Assembly: GCA_048885925.1 (NCBI GenBank)
Contig: JBHLLG010000013.1
Coordinates: 1 to 64,000, forward strand
DNA: 64,000 nucleotides
Source of the DNA: Candidatus Hermodarchaeota archaeon
GTDB taxonomy: Archaea; Asgardarchaeota; Lokiarchaeia; Sigyniarchaeales; SOKP01
Direction of reading: 5' to 3'
The translations under genes were made by a program, and so were the position numbers. Positions 48,166 through 57,599 of the stretch are shown piece after piece (the stretch's first letter is position 1; each line of letters starts with the position of its first letter). Under the pieces are notes generated by a model. It did not search any database. It was not told the DNA's origin and worked only from the letters and a program-made list of their open reading frames with translations.

Positions 48166-49311
48166 TTAAAAGCATCGGTGAATCACTTGTGGACCCATCT
48201 CTTTATATTCTCTACGAGTTACCCACATACGATGAAACGTTTTAAGTGAACTTAGGATGCTTCCACCAATCCAGACTGAATACATACGCTCTGGAGGAGC
48301 TATGATTTTGACGTCTACGCTCTCCGGGATTTGCTCTTTTATCTCTTTAGTTAGTCTTTCTTTTATACCCGGGAACATTGTTGAGCCTCCAGACAAAACG
48401 ATGTTTGAGTATAAATCTCTACGTAAATCAACGTCACATTCTGAAATAGCACCAACAATCACATCATCTAAAGGTTCTAATTCTTTACCAATTACGCTTG
48501 GATTAAAGAAACATTCGGGAGCAAGGAATCTTTCAACACCAACATTAATAGTTTCTCCATCAGGAAGCATATAGCTCTTTTCCATCCCAGCTACTTTTTT
48601 AGAAAGCATCATTTCTTTCTCAGGATCAATCGCTACATAACATAATTTTTCCTTAATGTCTCGAACAATTTCTTTTTCTGCCGATGTTGTGAAAGAATAA
48701 CCCTTTTGTCTAAGAAGTCTTTGCAAATAGGTTGTTATATCTCGACCTGCGAGATCAATTCTCTGGATAGCATGGCTTAAGGCGAATCCCTCAAAGATTG
48801 GTACAACATGGGAGACTCCATCACCAATATCTATAACACATCCAGTAGTACGACCAGAAGCATAAAGACTCAATACTGCTTGCATTGCTACATATAATGC
48901 AGGTGTATTAAATGTCTCGAACATAATTTCGGCCATCTTTTCACGATTAGGGCGTGGATTTAATGGTGCCTCTGTTAAAAGTACAGGATGTTCGCTTGGA
49001 TCGATGCGTAAATCAGTATAAAAGGTATAATGCCAGATTTTTTCCATAGCAGTCCAGTCTTCAATGATACCATGTTCAACAGGGAACATTAACTTTAAAA
49101 CGCCTTTTAATTGCATAGCTTCCTCACCAATATAGTATTCCCGAGTATAATGTTCGACATCAGTCATAATACTTTCATACTTTGGGTATCCAATTAGTGT
49201 GGGGAAGACTGACCTTGGTTGATCCTCACCAGCAAATCCATTCTTGGAAATTCCGGTACCATTGTCAACAACCAGGGCTTTTGCGTTCAAAAAGCTTTCT
49301 TCCTCTGCCAT
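48166..49311 (-). CDS. act: Actin (Lokiactin-type Asgard actin)
   Basis: [81 protein letters not shown] end. Confidence 0.98.
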   Translation of the reverse strand: MAEEESFLNAKALVVDNGTGISKNGFAGEDQPRSVFPTLIGYPKYESIMTDVEHYTREYYIGEEAMQLKGVLKLMFPVEHGIIEDWTAMEKIWHYTFYTDLRIDPSEHPVLLTEAPLNPRPNREKMAEIMFETFNTPALYVAMQAVLSLYASGRTTGCVIDIGDGVSHVVPIFEGFALSHAIQRIDLAGRDITTYLQRLLRQKGYSFTTSAEKEIVRDIKEKLCYVAIDPEKEMMLSKKVAGMEKSYMLPDGETINVGVERFLAPECFFNPSVIGKELEPLDDVIVGAISECDVDLRRDLYSNIVLSGGSTMFPGIKERLTKEIKEQIPESVDVKIIAPPERMYSVWIGGSILSSLKTFHRMWVTRREYKEMGPQVIHRCF

Positions 49312-49649
49312 TTTTCTAATTCAGCTCTTATTTTTAATTATTTTTTTTAATTCGATTAATTTCTTCGGATTAATTAATTTTTCTTATTTTAATAAACTTA
49401 TTGGTATTTTTTTCTTATAATTTATCTTAAATTGATAAATTTCAAGATTAAAATTAAAATAATAATAATGCTTCTTCTTTATAAATTTTTTGAATACAAA
49501 ACAATAAAACATTATAAATGTATGTAAAATCCTATTTAATTATATGTACAAATATAGCGAATTTTTTATCATTTAGGATAACAATTTTAAAGTACAACTC
49601 TCTTTAACTTATTTTGTCCTCATATTATTGAATGCAAAATTTATGATTA

Positions 49650-49664
49650 TTACGAAATTCGTAA
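49650..49664. promoter_or_regulatory. Perfect 7-1-7 inverted repeat TTACGAA-A-TTCGTAA upstream of actin (candidate operator)
   Basis: Dyad symmetry containing CG dinucleotides in an AT-rich divergent intergenic region. Confidence 0.35.
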
Positions 49665-49817
49665 GGTAATTTCAATCAAAAACATAGTTTAAAATAAATT
49701 ATTTCATTGATTACAATCTTCTTTAATCTATCTTTAAAAATTGGACTCAAGAAGTAAATAATATAGTGAAATTCAATTTTTACTCAAGGTTAAAAAAAAT
49801 ATGATTTAGGTTTTAAA

Positions 49818-49970
49818 ATGAAAGATGAAAAAATTGTTATAGATCGAGAAGTATGGGAATATTTTCGTAGTTATAGAAAAGCACCATTTAAGAAAAAATA
49901 TTTAGAGTTTACTAAAATAGAACAAATAAATCCAGATAATCAAAAATTTCTCCAAGTCAGCTCTTATTAA
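49818..49970 (+). CDS. Small hypothetical protein (50 aa), below the ORF-track cutoff
   Basis: ATG...TAA, MKDEKIVIDREVWEYFRSYRKAPFKKKYLEFTKIEQINPDNQKFLQVSSY; purine-rich, coding-like composition. Confidence 0.45.
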   Translation: MKDEKIVIDREVWEYFRSYRKAPFKKKYLEFTKIEQINPDNQKFLQVSSY

Positions 49971-50233
49971 TAAAATTAAAATCCTTATACAATTATTTAT
50001 GTAGCATATTCATAAAATTTGATAATCTTTCTCATATTTATAATTTTTACAATGCTATCATATTCATGAAAGACTATTAAAATAGATTTTTGAATTTGAA
50101 TTATTATAAATAGTCTGATTTTAAAATAGTATCAATAATAAATTTATTATATATAAAAGACTAATTTATATATTGATAAAAAAGAGGGTTATTCTTAAAT
50201 TTTATATATTTATACGGGTAAGGATTAAATAGC

Positions 50234-51208
50234 ATGCCAGAAAGCGGAACAATATTATATGATTTAAACAAGGTTTTTATTCCCTGTCGAACAGTTTTAG
50301 AAATGGAAGCATTAACATCTTTATTTTTGGAATATTATAATTATGATTTAATTAAAGAATTACCACAAGCTCAACCCTCAAGTGAAAAACTTATAGAAAA
50401 ATTTCGAGTACTAGATTGTGGACCTCTCGAAAGAATTATTTCATATTTTATTGATGTTATTGTAAGTAAATTGAAGCCTATTGTAATGTATGCTAGAGAT
50501 TATCATGATAGGTTTAGAATGGGAAATGTTGAAGCGTATACTAAAACAAGATTATGTTTATTCTTCGCGTTACATAGATTAAAACTGAAATTTTTAATAA
50601 TTAAGAGATTTATGGACATTTTTAAAGAAAATAATTACCAATTGAAACATTTTAAGGATCAAGAGATCCTGGGAGCTCATACTTTTCTTTCTGCTTTTTA
50701 CAAGGATTATTATGAAAGAAATTTGATGAATCTTAAATTAATGTTATCTTCAAAAAGGATCTCAGAAAGAGTAAGTGAATTGATGGATACTTCAGATACT
50801 ATTACTAATGAAGATATAATTAATGCCCTTACTTTTAAGAAATTTTTAGATGATAAAAATAGAATTAAATTTATCATGAAAGAAATAAAGGCATCTCTAT
50901 TTGTCTGTAAAATCATGTTTGCTAAAATGGATGTTTACAATCCCTTCACACTAGCTAAAGAAATTGAGATTGATGCCGAGGAAATGATGGTCAGTCAAGA
51001 TTTTATTCCAGAGTTGATACCAGCAATTTCAAATTGCTATGCTAATAAAACTATGACTCAATTAGAAGATTGTTTTAGAGCTTATGAATTTATGATGAAA
51101 AGAGTTTTAGAAGGAATAAATTATGCTGTAGAAATTGCTTCTGGCGGACAAATTAATCTTGGGATAGATGATACTATTTATAACACCGGAAATATTTTTG
51201 AAATTTAG
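50234..51208 (+). CDS. Hypothetical helical protein
   Basis: 324-aa ORF with AAGGA upstream; no motif recognised. Confidence 0.75.
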   Translation: MPESGTILYDLNKVFIPCRTVLEMEALTSLFLEYYNYDLIKELPQAQPSSEKLIEKFRVLDCGPLERIISYFIDVIVSKLKPIVMYARDYHDRFRMGNVEAYTKTRLCLFFALHRLKLKFLIIKRFMDIFKENNYQLKHFKDQEILGAHTFLSAFYKDYYERNLMNLKLMLSSKRISERVSELMDTSDTITNEDIINALTFKKFLDDKNRIKFIMKEIKASLFVCKIMFAKMDVYNPFTLAKEIEIDAEEMMVSQDFIPELIPAISNCYANKTMTQLEDCFRAYEFMMKRVLEGINYAVEIASGGQINLGIDDTIYNTGNIFEI

Positions 51209-51227
51209 AAATCATCCATAAAAACAG

Positions 51228-51518
51228 GTGCAAAAAATAGTAACTATTGAAAAATCAAGAGATCCCTACAAGAAATTTAAATTTATTACTTATATTTTTA
51301 TGATATTTAGCTACTTTTTGATATTAATGGCAATAATCCTTTGTATCTCCAGTTTTATTAACTTACAAATTTTAACACAACCAGGACAGTTAACTGATGC
51401 AGAAAGATTTTGGAAATTTTCTGAGATTGTTTATAGTAGTTTATGGGGTATAAGTTGTATGATAACGGGCTCAATATTATTAATCGGATCAATAAAACTT
51501 CTATTAAGTCTAAAATAA
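51228..51518 (+). CDS. Small 2-TM membrane protein
   Basis: Two hydrophobic segments; follows the preceding gene on the same strand. Confidence 0.6.
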   Translation: MQKIVTIEKSRDPYKKFKFITYIFMIFSYFLILMAIILCISSFINLQILTQPGQLTDAERFWKFSEIVYSSLWGISCMITGSILLIGSIKLLLSLK

Positions 51519-51719
51519 TCAACAAAAAATTCAAATCTAAATACATTATCTTCCTTTAATATTTTGGCATTATTGAAGACCTTTTATTTAAATATTGAAT
51601 GAGTTTCAATTCTTTAAAAAATAGAAGGATTATAAAAAAGTCTATGATTTTGATGTAAAATAATATATCAAATCAATTATTTAAGGATTTAAAGAATTCT
51701 TTTACTTTGTCATAATACA

Positions 51720-53018
51720 ATGAAGATATTTAAATCAGATGAACTGCGGTTTACTAAAGATTTCAATGATATGATAAAAATTGTATTATTAAACAGTTTA
51801 GGCTTTTTTTTTATTAGTTTTTGGATACCAGTAATCGCTCGTACAAACATGAATGCAACAGGTATTCAATTAAGTTTAGTTGTTTCTGTACAAGTACTAG
51901 GACGTATGATTAGCGGTTTTTTTACTGGATTTATAACAGATCGTATTAAATCAAGAACGATATTAGTTTTAATAGGTTCTTATGGTAGAGCAATCTCATA
52001 TTTTATTATTTATGCTGCAATAATTGCCAATTTAATGATTCTTCTAGGGATAGGAACTTTTTTTCTTGGATTCATGGCAGGAATCTTTTGGGTTCCATTT
52101 AATACATTTGTAGCAGAAAAATCAAATAAAGATAATCGTTCTCAAGCTTATGGTAAGAGAGACTCAGCGAATGCTATAGGTCAAATAATAGGTTCTCTAC
52201 TTGGCTTCAATTTAGTAATGATTGCTGGAGTATTTACTAACAAACTATTTATTATATATAGTGCAATTCCAGTGTATGGAATTGGAAACTTTATAGCAGG
52301 ACTTAGATTTCACAGAAGAGTAGATGAGTCAATTAAGTTTTTAGAAAATTCTTACGAAAACAAAACCCAAATTAATAAATCTTCAAATAAATCAAGTATT
52401 TTCCATTCAAGGGCTATTATAATAGGTGTAATTTTTTTAATGAGTGTACTTTTTTTAGGAAGTATTAATAGCTCAATTGCAAGGCCTTTTCTGAATATTT
52501 ATTTATTAGAAAATATAGAAAGTAATGTCAATTTAGTTATATGGGCGTATTTACCAGCTGGAATTTTAGCAACTCTTTTTGCTCCTAAACTTGGAGCAAT
52601 TGTAGATAGAATTCGCCCTTCAATTGGCATTACCGTTGTTAGTTCATTGGGTGCATTAGTCACATGGCTGTTAATTAATTCTGCAAACATTTGGATATTT
52701 GCTGGTTTGTTATTAGTGGATATGACTATTATGATCGCTGCTGGACTAATATTTCAAAATCTTGTAAGTAGAATTTCAACAGAGCATCGAGGTAAAATTT
52801 TGGGGATTGGTGAATTTTTTGCATTTTTAGGAAGTTTTATTGGCCCAATTTTAGGAGGTATAGTTTGGGATTTTATGGGTCCAAAATTCCCTTTTATTAT
52901 TTCTATATTTGTGGAACTATCCTTAATTCCACTATATTTAGTTGTTGTATTTTATTTACTGCCCCATTTAGCAGAGAGTTACTATATCAATCATAAAAGA
53001 AAAGAAATAAAAACTTAA
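51720..53018 (+). CDS. MFS transporter
   Basis: About 12 TM; GFITDRIKSR and GAIVDRIRP motif-A loops; GPILGG. Confidence 0.92.
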   Translation: MKIFKSDELRFTKDFNDMIKIVLLNSLGFFFISFWIPVIARTNMNATGIQLSLVVSVQVLGRMISGFFTGFITDRIKSRTILVLIGSYGRAISYFIIYAAIIANLMILLGIGTFFLGFMAGIFWVPFNTFVAEKSNKDNRSQAYGKRDSANAIGQIIGSLLGFNLVMIAGVFTNKLFIIYSAIPVYGIGNFIAGLRFHRRVDESIKFLENSYENKTQINKSSNKSSIFHSRAIIIGVIFLMSVLFLGSINSSIARPFLNIYLLENIESNVNLVIWAYLPAGILATLFAPKLGAIVDRIRPSIGITVVSSLGALVTWLLINSANIWIFAGLLLVDMTIMIAAGLIFQNLVSRISTEHRGKILGIGEFFAFLGSFIGPILGGIVWDFMGPKFPFIISIFVELSLIPLYLVVVFYLLPHLAESYYINHKRKEIKT

Positions 53019-53044
53019 AAATATAGATATATTAGTTATAAATA

Positions 53045-54154
53045 TCACTTACTTTTTAACGTATTTTCTGCTCTTTTAATTTTCTTTTCACTGAAATCTT
53101 TAATCTTATTTAATATTTCAGCTTTATTTTTTGGTTTATTTAGTTCATTTGGTTCTTTAATATATCCTTTATTTAAAGCATCCTTATAGATTTTTTCTCC
53201 GATTTTAGTACGTATAATTGTTGTAGTTAATTTCTCTTCTGATCCAAGACCCCCAAATGAAATATCAGCATAAACATTAGAAAAATCAGAACATGCATAA
53301 CAAGCTGGGCGTCCAATTTCATGTAATTCTGAAAAAGAAATACGTAAAGCATCATCATTTTTAAAATAGAGGATAAGATCTTCTCTAATATTCATACTTT
53401 CAACATCTTCAAAAGAAAAATTAAACTGTTTTTCTAATCTTTTTCTATCTTCATCATTAAAAGAAAAGTTAAGATAGCAGAATAATCCCAATGTATATCT
53501 AACAATATGCGCGGGTAGAATACTTAATTCCTGCATTTTCCGAATTGAATTTAATTGGCAAGGCGTCCCTACAACAGCTATATTTAATAAATCTGGGCTC
53601 ATAACTCTTTTCAAAGCAATATTAGCGGGTATAAATGTATTATATTTTTCCAATCCAACTACTTGACTAGAAAAATCAAAATGTGATCCAGCAGCATCAA
53701 TTAGATCTTCTTTACTTGTCGCTAAAAATGGAACTCTGTTGAACGGACCTTTTCTTTTACAGACAATAGCTCCATCTATTAACTTATTATCTAATAAATA
53801 ACTTAAAATAGCAGTAACAGCCCCTCCATCAGTTGCTTTACTTCTAATTTCTTCTGAAGATGCATAACAGGAAGCAATCTTTATCTGATTCCCAATAGGG
53901 GGTTGATAATTGTACTTCTTATTAAGTTTGTCGTTTAATACATGAGTTTGAGGACATACATAATAACAAATACCACATTTAAGACATTTATCTTTATTTA
54001 TGTATTTTGGAGGTCCTGATTCTGACATTTCAATTGCTTTAATTTCACCAGCTGAGCAAAAACTAACACAACCACCACACTCTCCACATAATCCTGGTTC
54101 ATGTACTTCTTTTATTAAATCTTCAAATGTTTTTGAGATTGGAATAGTAGCCAA
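53045..54154 (-). CDS. FrhB/FdhB-family F420-interacting subunit with N-terminal 2x[4Fe-4S]
   Basis: CGECGGCVSFC, CLKCGICYYVCP, DGGAVT, VGTPCQ, LGLFC, CYACSD, ADISFGG. Confidence 0.9.
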   Translation of the reverse strand: MATIPISKTFEDLIKEVHEPGLCGECGGCVSFCSAGEIKAIEMSESGPPKYINKDKCLKCGICYYVCPQTHVLNDKLNKKYNYQPPIGNQIKIASCYASSEEIRSKATDGGAVTAILSYLLDNKLIDGAIVCKRKGPFNRVPFLATSKEDLIDAAGSHFDFSSQVVGLEKYNTFIPANIALKRVMSPDLLNIAVVGTPCQLNSIRKMQELSILPAHIVRYTLGLFCYLNFSFNDEDRKRLEKQFNFSFEDVESMNIREDLILYFKNDDALRISFSELHEIGRPACYACSDFSNVYADISFGGLGSEEKLTTTIIRTKIGEKIYKDALNKGYIKEPNELNKPKNKAEILNKIKDFSEKKIKRAENTLKSK

Positions 54155-54201
54155 TTTTTTTCACCTATTTTTGATACATTTTAAAAATTTAGTTTATTAA
54201 T

Positions 54202-55041
54202 TTAATATTCATTTGGCATTTTCTTGAGTTCAGCAAGAGAAAAGACTGGACCATCAACACAGACAAATTTATTACCAATATTACATCTTCCACATTTGCC
54301 AATTCCACACTTCATTCGCATCTCTAAACTATTAAGAATTTGTTCCGGGCCCCAATTTAATTCTTCCATAACAGCAATTGTAGTTTTAATCATTATCGGT
54401 GGTCCACAGATAACCGCAACAGCATTATCAGGACTTGGAGCAACTTTTTTAACCACGGGTGCAACAAATCCCACTTCTTCAATCCATCCAGGTGCTTCAC
54501 GATCAATGGTTAAAACTACTTTAATATCATCTCGTTTTTTCCATTCTTCTAAAATATCTCGATATAACACTTCTCCAGGATCGCGATTTCCATAAATCAC
54601 TGTTATATCACCATAATCTTTTCGATGTTTCTCATCTAGTAAATATATTACCAATGATCGGAGTGTTGAGAATGCAAATCCTCCACCAATTACTACAATA
54701 TTTTTACTTTTCATTTCTTCTACTGGCCAACCATTTCCACAAGGACCTCTAACTCCCACTATATCTCCTATTTCACAATTATGAAACCCTGAAGTAACAG
54801 TTCCCATTTTTTTAATGGTAAATTTAATAGTTCCTTCTTCAGTAGGAGACGAAGCAATCCCGATAGGACACTCACCTTTTCCAATTAAACTGATTTCAGC
54901 AAATTGTCCTGGAATATAATCAAATTTCTTATAATCTTTTTCTTTTTTAAACTCTAACTCGATAGTCTTAATATCATTAACTTTATTCTCAGAAACTATC
55001 GATTTCACTTTCGTTAGATAAGGAATATAAGGATTAGGCAA
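54202..55041 (-). CDS. FlxA-like FAD/NAD(P)-binding oxidoreductase (AsrB/HydG family)
   Basis: PGQF, RGP.GNG, GGG, CGPPIM, MKCGIGKCGRC...VCVDGPVF. Confidence 0.9.
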   Translation of the reverse strand: MPNPYIPYLTKVKSIVSENKVNDIKTIELEFKKEKDYKKFDYIPGQFAEISLIGKGECPIGIASSPTEEGTIKFTIKKMGTVTSGFHNCEIGDIVGVRGPCGNGWPVEEMKSKNIVVIGGGFAFSTLRSLVIYLLDEKHRKDYGDITVIYGNRDPGEVLYRDILEEWKKRDDIKVVLTIDREAPGWIEEVGFVAPVVKKVAPSPDNAVAVICGPPIMIKTTIAVMEELNWGPEQILNSLEMRMKCGIGKCGRCNIGNKFVCVDGPVFSLAELKKMPNEY

Positions 55042-56107
55042 CTACTTTCTCATCCTCCTTTTTTTCGATTTTTTTTATTTTATCTAATATAACTCGAAGA
55101 TCATTATTAGCAGGACAAACAGAAACACATCTACCGCATCCAACGCATCCCAATAAATCATAATTTGTTGGATAATAACTAAATTTGTGCATTATACGAT
55201 TTCGACAACGTTGTATCTTGGTATTTCTGGGATTATGCCCACTTGTTTCCAGAGTATAAAGACAAGATTGACAGGTATCCCAAATTCTAATTCGTCTACC
55301 TCGATTATTATAATGGTCTGTTTCATCAATAACATCAAAACAAGTACATGTTGGACATAAATAAGCACATGAACCACACCCTATACAAGCTTCACTAATT
55401 TCATCCCATACAGGATGTTCAAAGCATATTTCTAAGTTATTAACAACAGTATCAACATCAATATTTGTAGATATTAATTCTTCAGCCTTTTTTGCTAATT
55501 CTCCCGACTTTTTCATATCAGGCTTAGACGCATTTGAAAGCCACGATAATTTTTGGATTATTTGTTTTCCATTCTCACTAATTGCTTCAACTAAATATTT
55601 ATCTCCTAAATCAGTAAGAAAAATATCCATATTGTCTTTTTTGAAAGGATTTCCATTTACAGAGGTGCAAAAACAAGTATTTCTTGGAGTATTACAGCCA
55701 ATCCCGATAAGTAATGCATTTTCTCTCTTCTTTAAATAGATCTCATCTTTCCAGTTCCCATGAAAAGAGAAGAAATTAGCCATTAATTCAAAGCTATACG
55801 CATCGCACGGACGGATTCCAAATATTAGGATTTTTTGATCTAGATCCTGCCTATCAGTGATTTCAACATCCTTTTCATCTAAACTATATTCAAATAATAC
55901 TTCCATTTGAGGAAATAAAACTGATTTTGGCGGAATTTTAGAATTCAAATAATCTAAAACTATATCTTCTGGTTTTTCTATTTTTTCAAAAACAATATTT
56001 CCCTTCTTTTTTATAGGAGCATAAATGTTATATTCTACTACAAGTTCATTATATAACTTTACAATCTGATCTTTTTTCAATATTTTCTGTTCCATTCTTT
56101 TACTCAC
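55034..56107 (-). CDS. FlxB-like 4Fe-4S protein (AsrA/HydB family)
   Basis: GIRPCD, CFC, CIGCGSC..LCPTCTCF, HKF, CVGCGRCVSVCP. Confidence 0.88.
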   Translation of the reverse strand: MSKRMEQKILKKDQIVKLYNELVVEYNIYAPIKKKGNIVFEKIEKPEDIVLDYLNSKIPPKSVLFPQMEVLFEYSLDEKDVEITDRQDLDQKILIFGIRPCDAYSFELMANFFSFHGNWKDEIYLKKRENALLIGIGCNTPRNTCFCTSVNGNPFKKDNMDIFLTDLGDKYLVEAISENGKQIIQKLSWLSNASKPDMKKSGELAKKAEELISTNIDVDTVVNNLEICFEHPVWDEISEACIGCGSCAYLCPTCTCFDVIDETDHYNNRGRRIRIWDTCQSCLYTLETSGHNPRNTKIQRCRNRIMHKFSYYPTNYDLLGCVGCGRCVSVCPANNDLRVILDKIKKIEKKEDEKVVA

Positions 56108-56111
56108 CTTT

Positions 56112-57134
56112 TTAATCTTCCTCTAACATAAATTCTTGTGCATCAGCCATATCAAAATCCATCATTGGAGGAACTGTCTCAGCATTGAGCCCTGATGTAT
56201 AATTAAACCGTTCTTTTACTATCTTTTCCAATTTCCTTGTAATAATATTTAAATCTATGCCAACTGGGCATACTGATGAGCAAGTTCCACAAGCCACACA
56301 TCTACCAGCTAAATGTTGGGCTCGTATTAAATGGAATGTTAATATATCGGTAAATTGAGTAGTTTTGCCAAACCATATCGGCATATTTTGATCTACAAAA
56401 CAAAGATTACAATAACACACAGGGCATGCTTGGCGACAACTATAACACAGAGTACATACTTGTAAGGCTTTTTTAATATATGCCCATTTCTCGTCAGCAG
56501 ATTTGGATTCATATTCAACGATATCTTCAAATTCATCATGGATTGATTCTAATTCTTGGCATTCACCTACGCAACTTGCTTCAGTAGCAGATGGAACTTT
56601 TACTTTACACACTTTACATAGTTCGTTAATATATTGGTCATAGGGAAATTTTTTCTCCCAATCTTTCCCTTTCACAATAATTTGATCTCCAGATATCGAA
56701 ACATCAAGAATCTCCTTTTCACCAATTTCCAAATCGATTTTACTTCGGTTAATTATTCCATTGCAGTTAAATCCAATCATCTTAATTTTACCCAAATCTA
56801 CTTGCTTCTCCACAGCTAAAAGGTTTACCGCTCGACCAACGCACCCTTTAGCTACTATTCCAATTCTCAATGGCTTTTTTTCAGAATCACAAAGTTGGGG
56901 CATTAGAGGAGCTAAATATCGAGCTAAATTAATATAACATAAATTGTTCCATACTAATTTATCTACGTCCTCTTCTTTTCTTATAATTATTGGTGTAGAG
57001 CTTAAAGGAACAGTGCCTTGAGAATATCCAATAACCACATCAACTTGGTTTTCACTGAGTAATTTTTTTGCATGTTCTCTTATAGAATTTGTAATTTCCT
57101 TATTTTCTGTTTCAATTCCCATTTTTAACACCAC
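56112..57134 (-). CDS. FlxC-like 4Fe-4S protein (FdhB-like)
   Basis: KGC, CTLCYSCRQACPVCYC..C, HLAGRCVACGTCSSVCP. Confidence 0.85.
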   Translation of the reverse strand: MVLKMGIETENKEITNSIREHAKKLLSENQVDVVIGYSQGTVPLSSTPIIIRKEEDVDKLVWNNLCYINLARYLAPLMPQLCDSEKKPLRIGIVAKGCVGRAVNLLAVEKQVDLGKIKMIGFNCNGIINRSKIDLEIGEKEILDVSISGDQIIVKGKDWEKKFPYDQYINELCKVCKVKVPSATEASCVGECQELESIHDEFEDIVEYESKSADEKWAYIKKALQVCTLCYSCRQACPVCYCNLCFVDQNMPIWFGKTTQFTDILTFHLIRAQHLAGRCVACGTCSSVCPVGIDLNIITRKLEKIVKERFNYTSGLNAETVPPMMDFDMADAQEFMLEED

Positions 57135-57586
57135 TCCTTTTGAAATTTTGTATTTGGACCCAATTGCTTAACTATCTTTGTTGCCTTTCTAATTAATACA
57201 GCAAAACGTTCTCCTTCAGCGGCAGAAGCCCACATAAAGTTAACTCTGCCTGGTTCAATCCCAAAAAATTCTAGAAGTTCTTTTAAAATCGCAAATCTTC
57301 TTCTTGCAACGAGATTTCCGCTAATATAATGACAATCTCCGGGATGACAACCACTTACAACTACTCCATCCCATCCATCTGTTAAACTTTTTATAATGAA
57401 GTAGGGATTAACCCGTCCAGAACAAGGAACCCTCACTATTCTTATATTTGGAGGATATTGAATTCTACTAACCCCCGCTAAATCTGCTCCAGCATAAGAA
57501 CACCAATTACATAAAAAAGCAATAATTTTTGGTTCCCATTTCTTTTCAACTTTCTTTTCTTCTAAAATGGTTTCAGTCATTTTCAA
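57125..57586 (-). CDS. mvhD: MvhD/FlxD [2Fe-2S] subunit
   Basis: FLCNWCSYAGAD, VPCSGRV, GCHPGDCHY, WASAAEG. Confidence 0.93.
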   Translation of the reverse strand: MKMTETILEEKKVEKKWEPKIIAFLCNWCSYAGADLAGVSRIQYPPNIRIVRVPCSGRVNPYFIIKSLTDGWDGVVVSGCHPGDCHYISGNLVARRRFAILKELLEFFGIEPGRVNFMWASAAEGERFAVLIRKATKIVKQLGPNTKFQKEWC

Positions 57587-57599
57587 GCCTCTTATAAAT

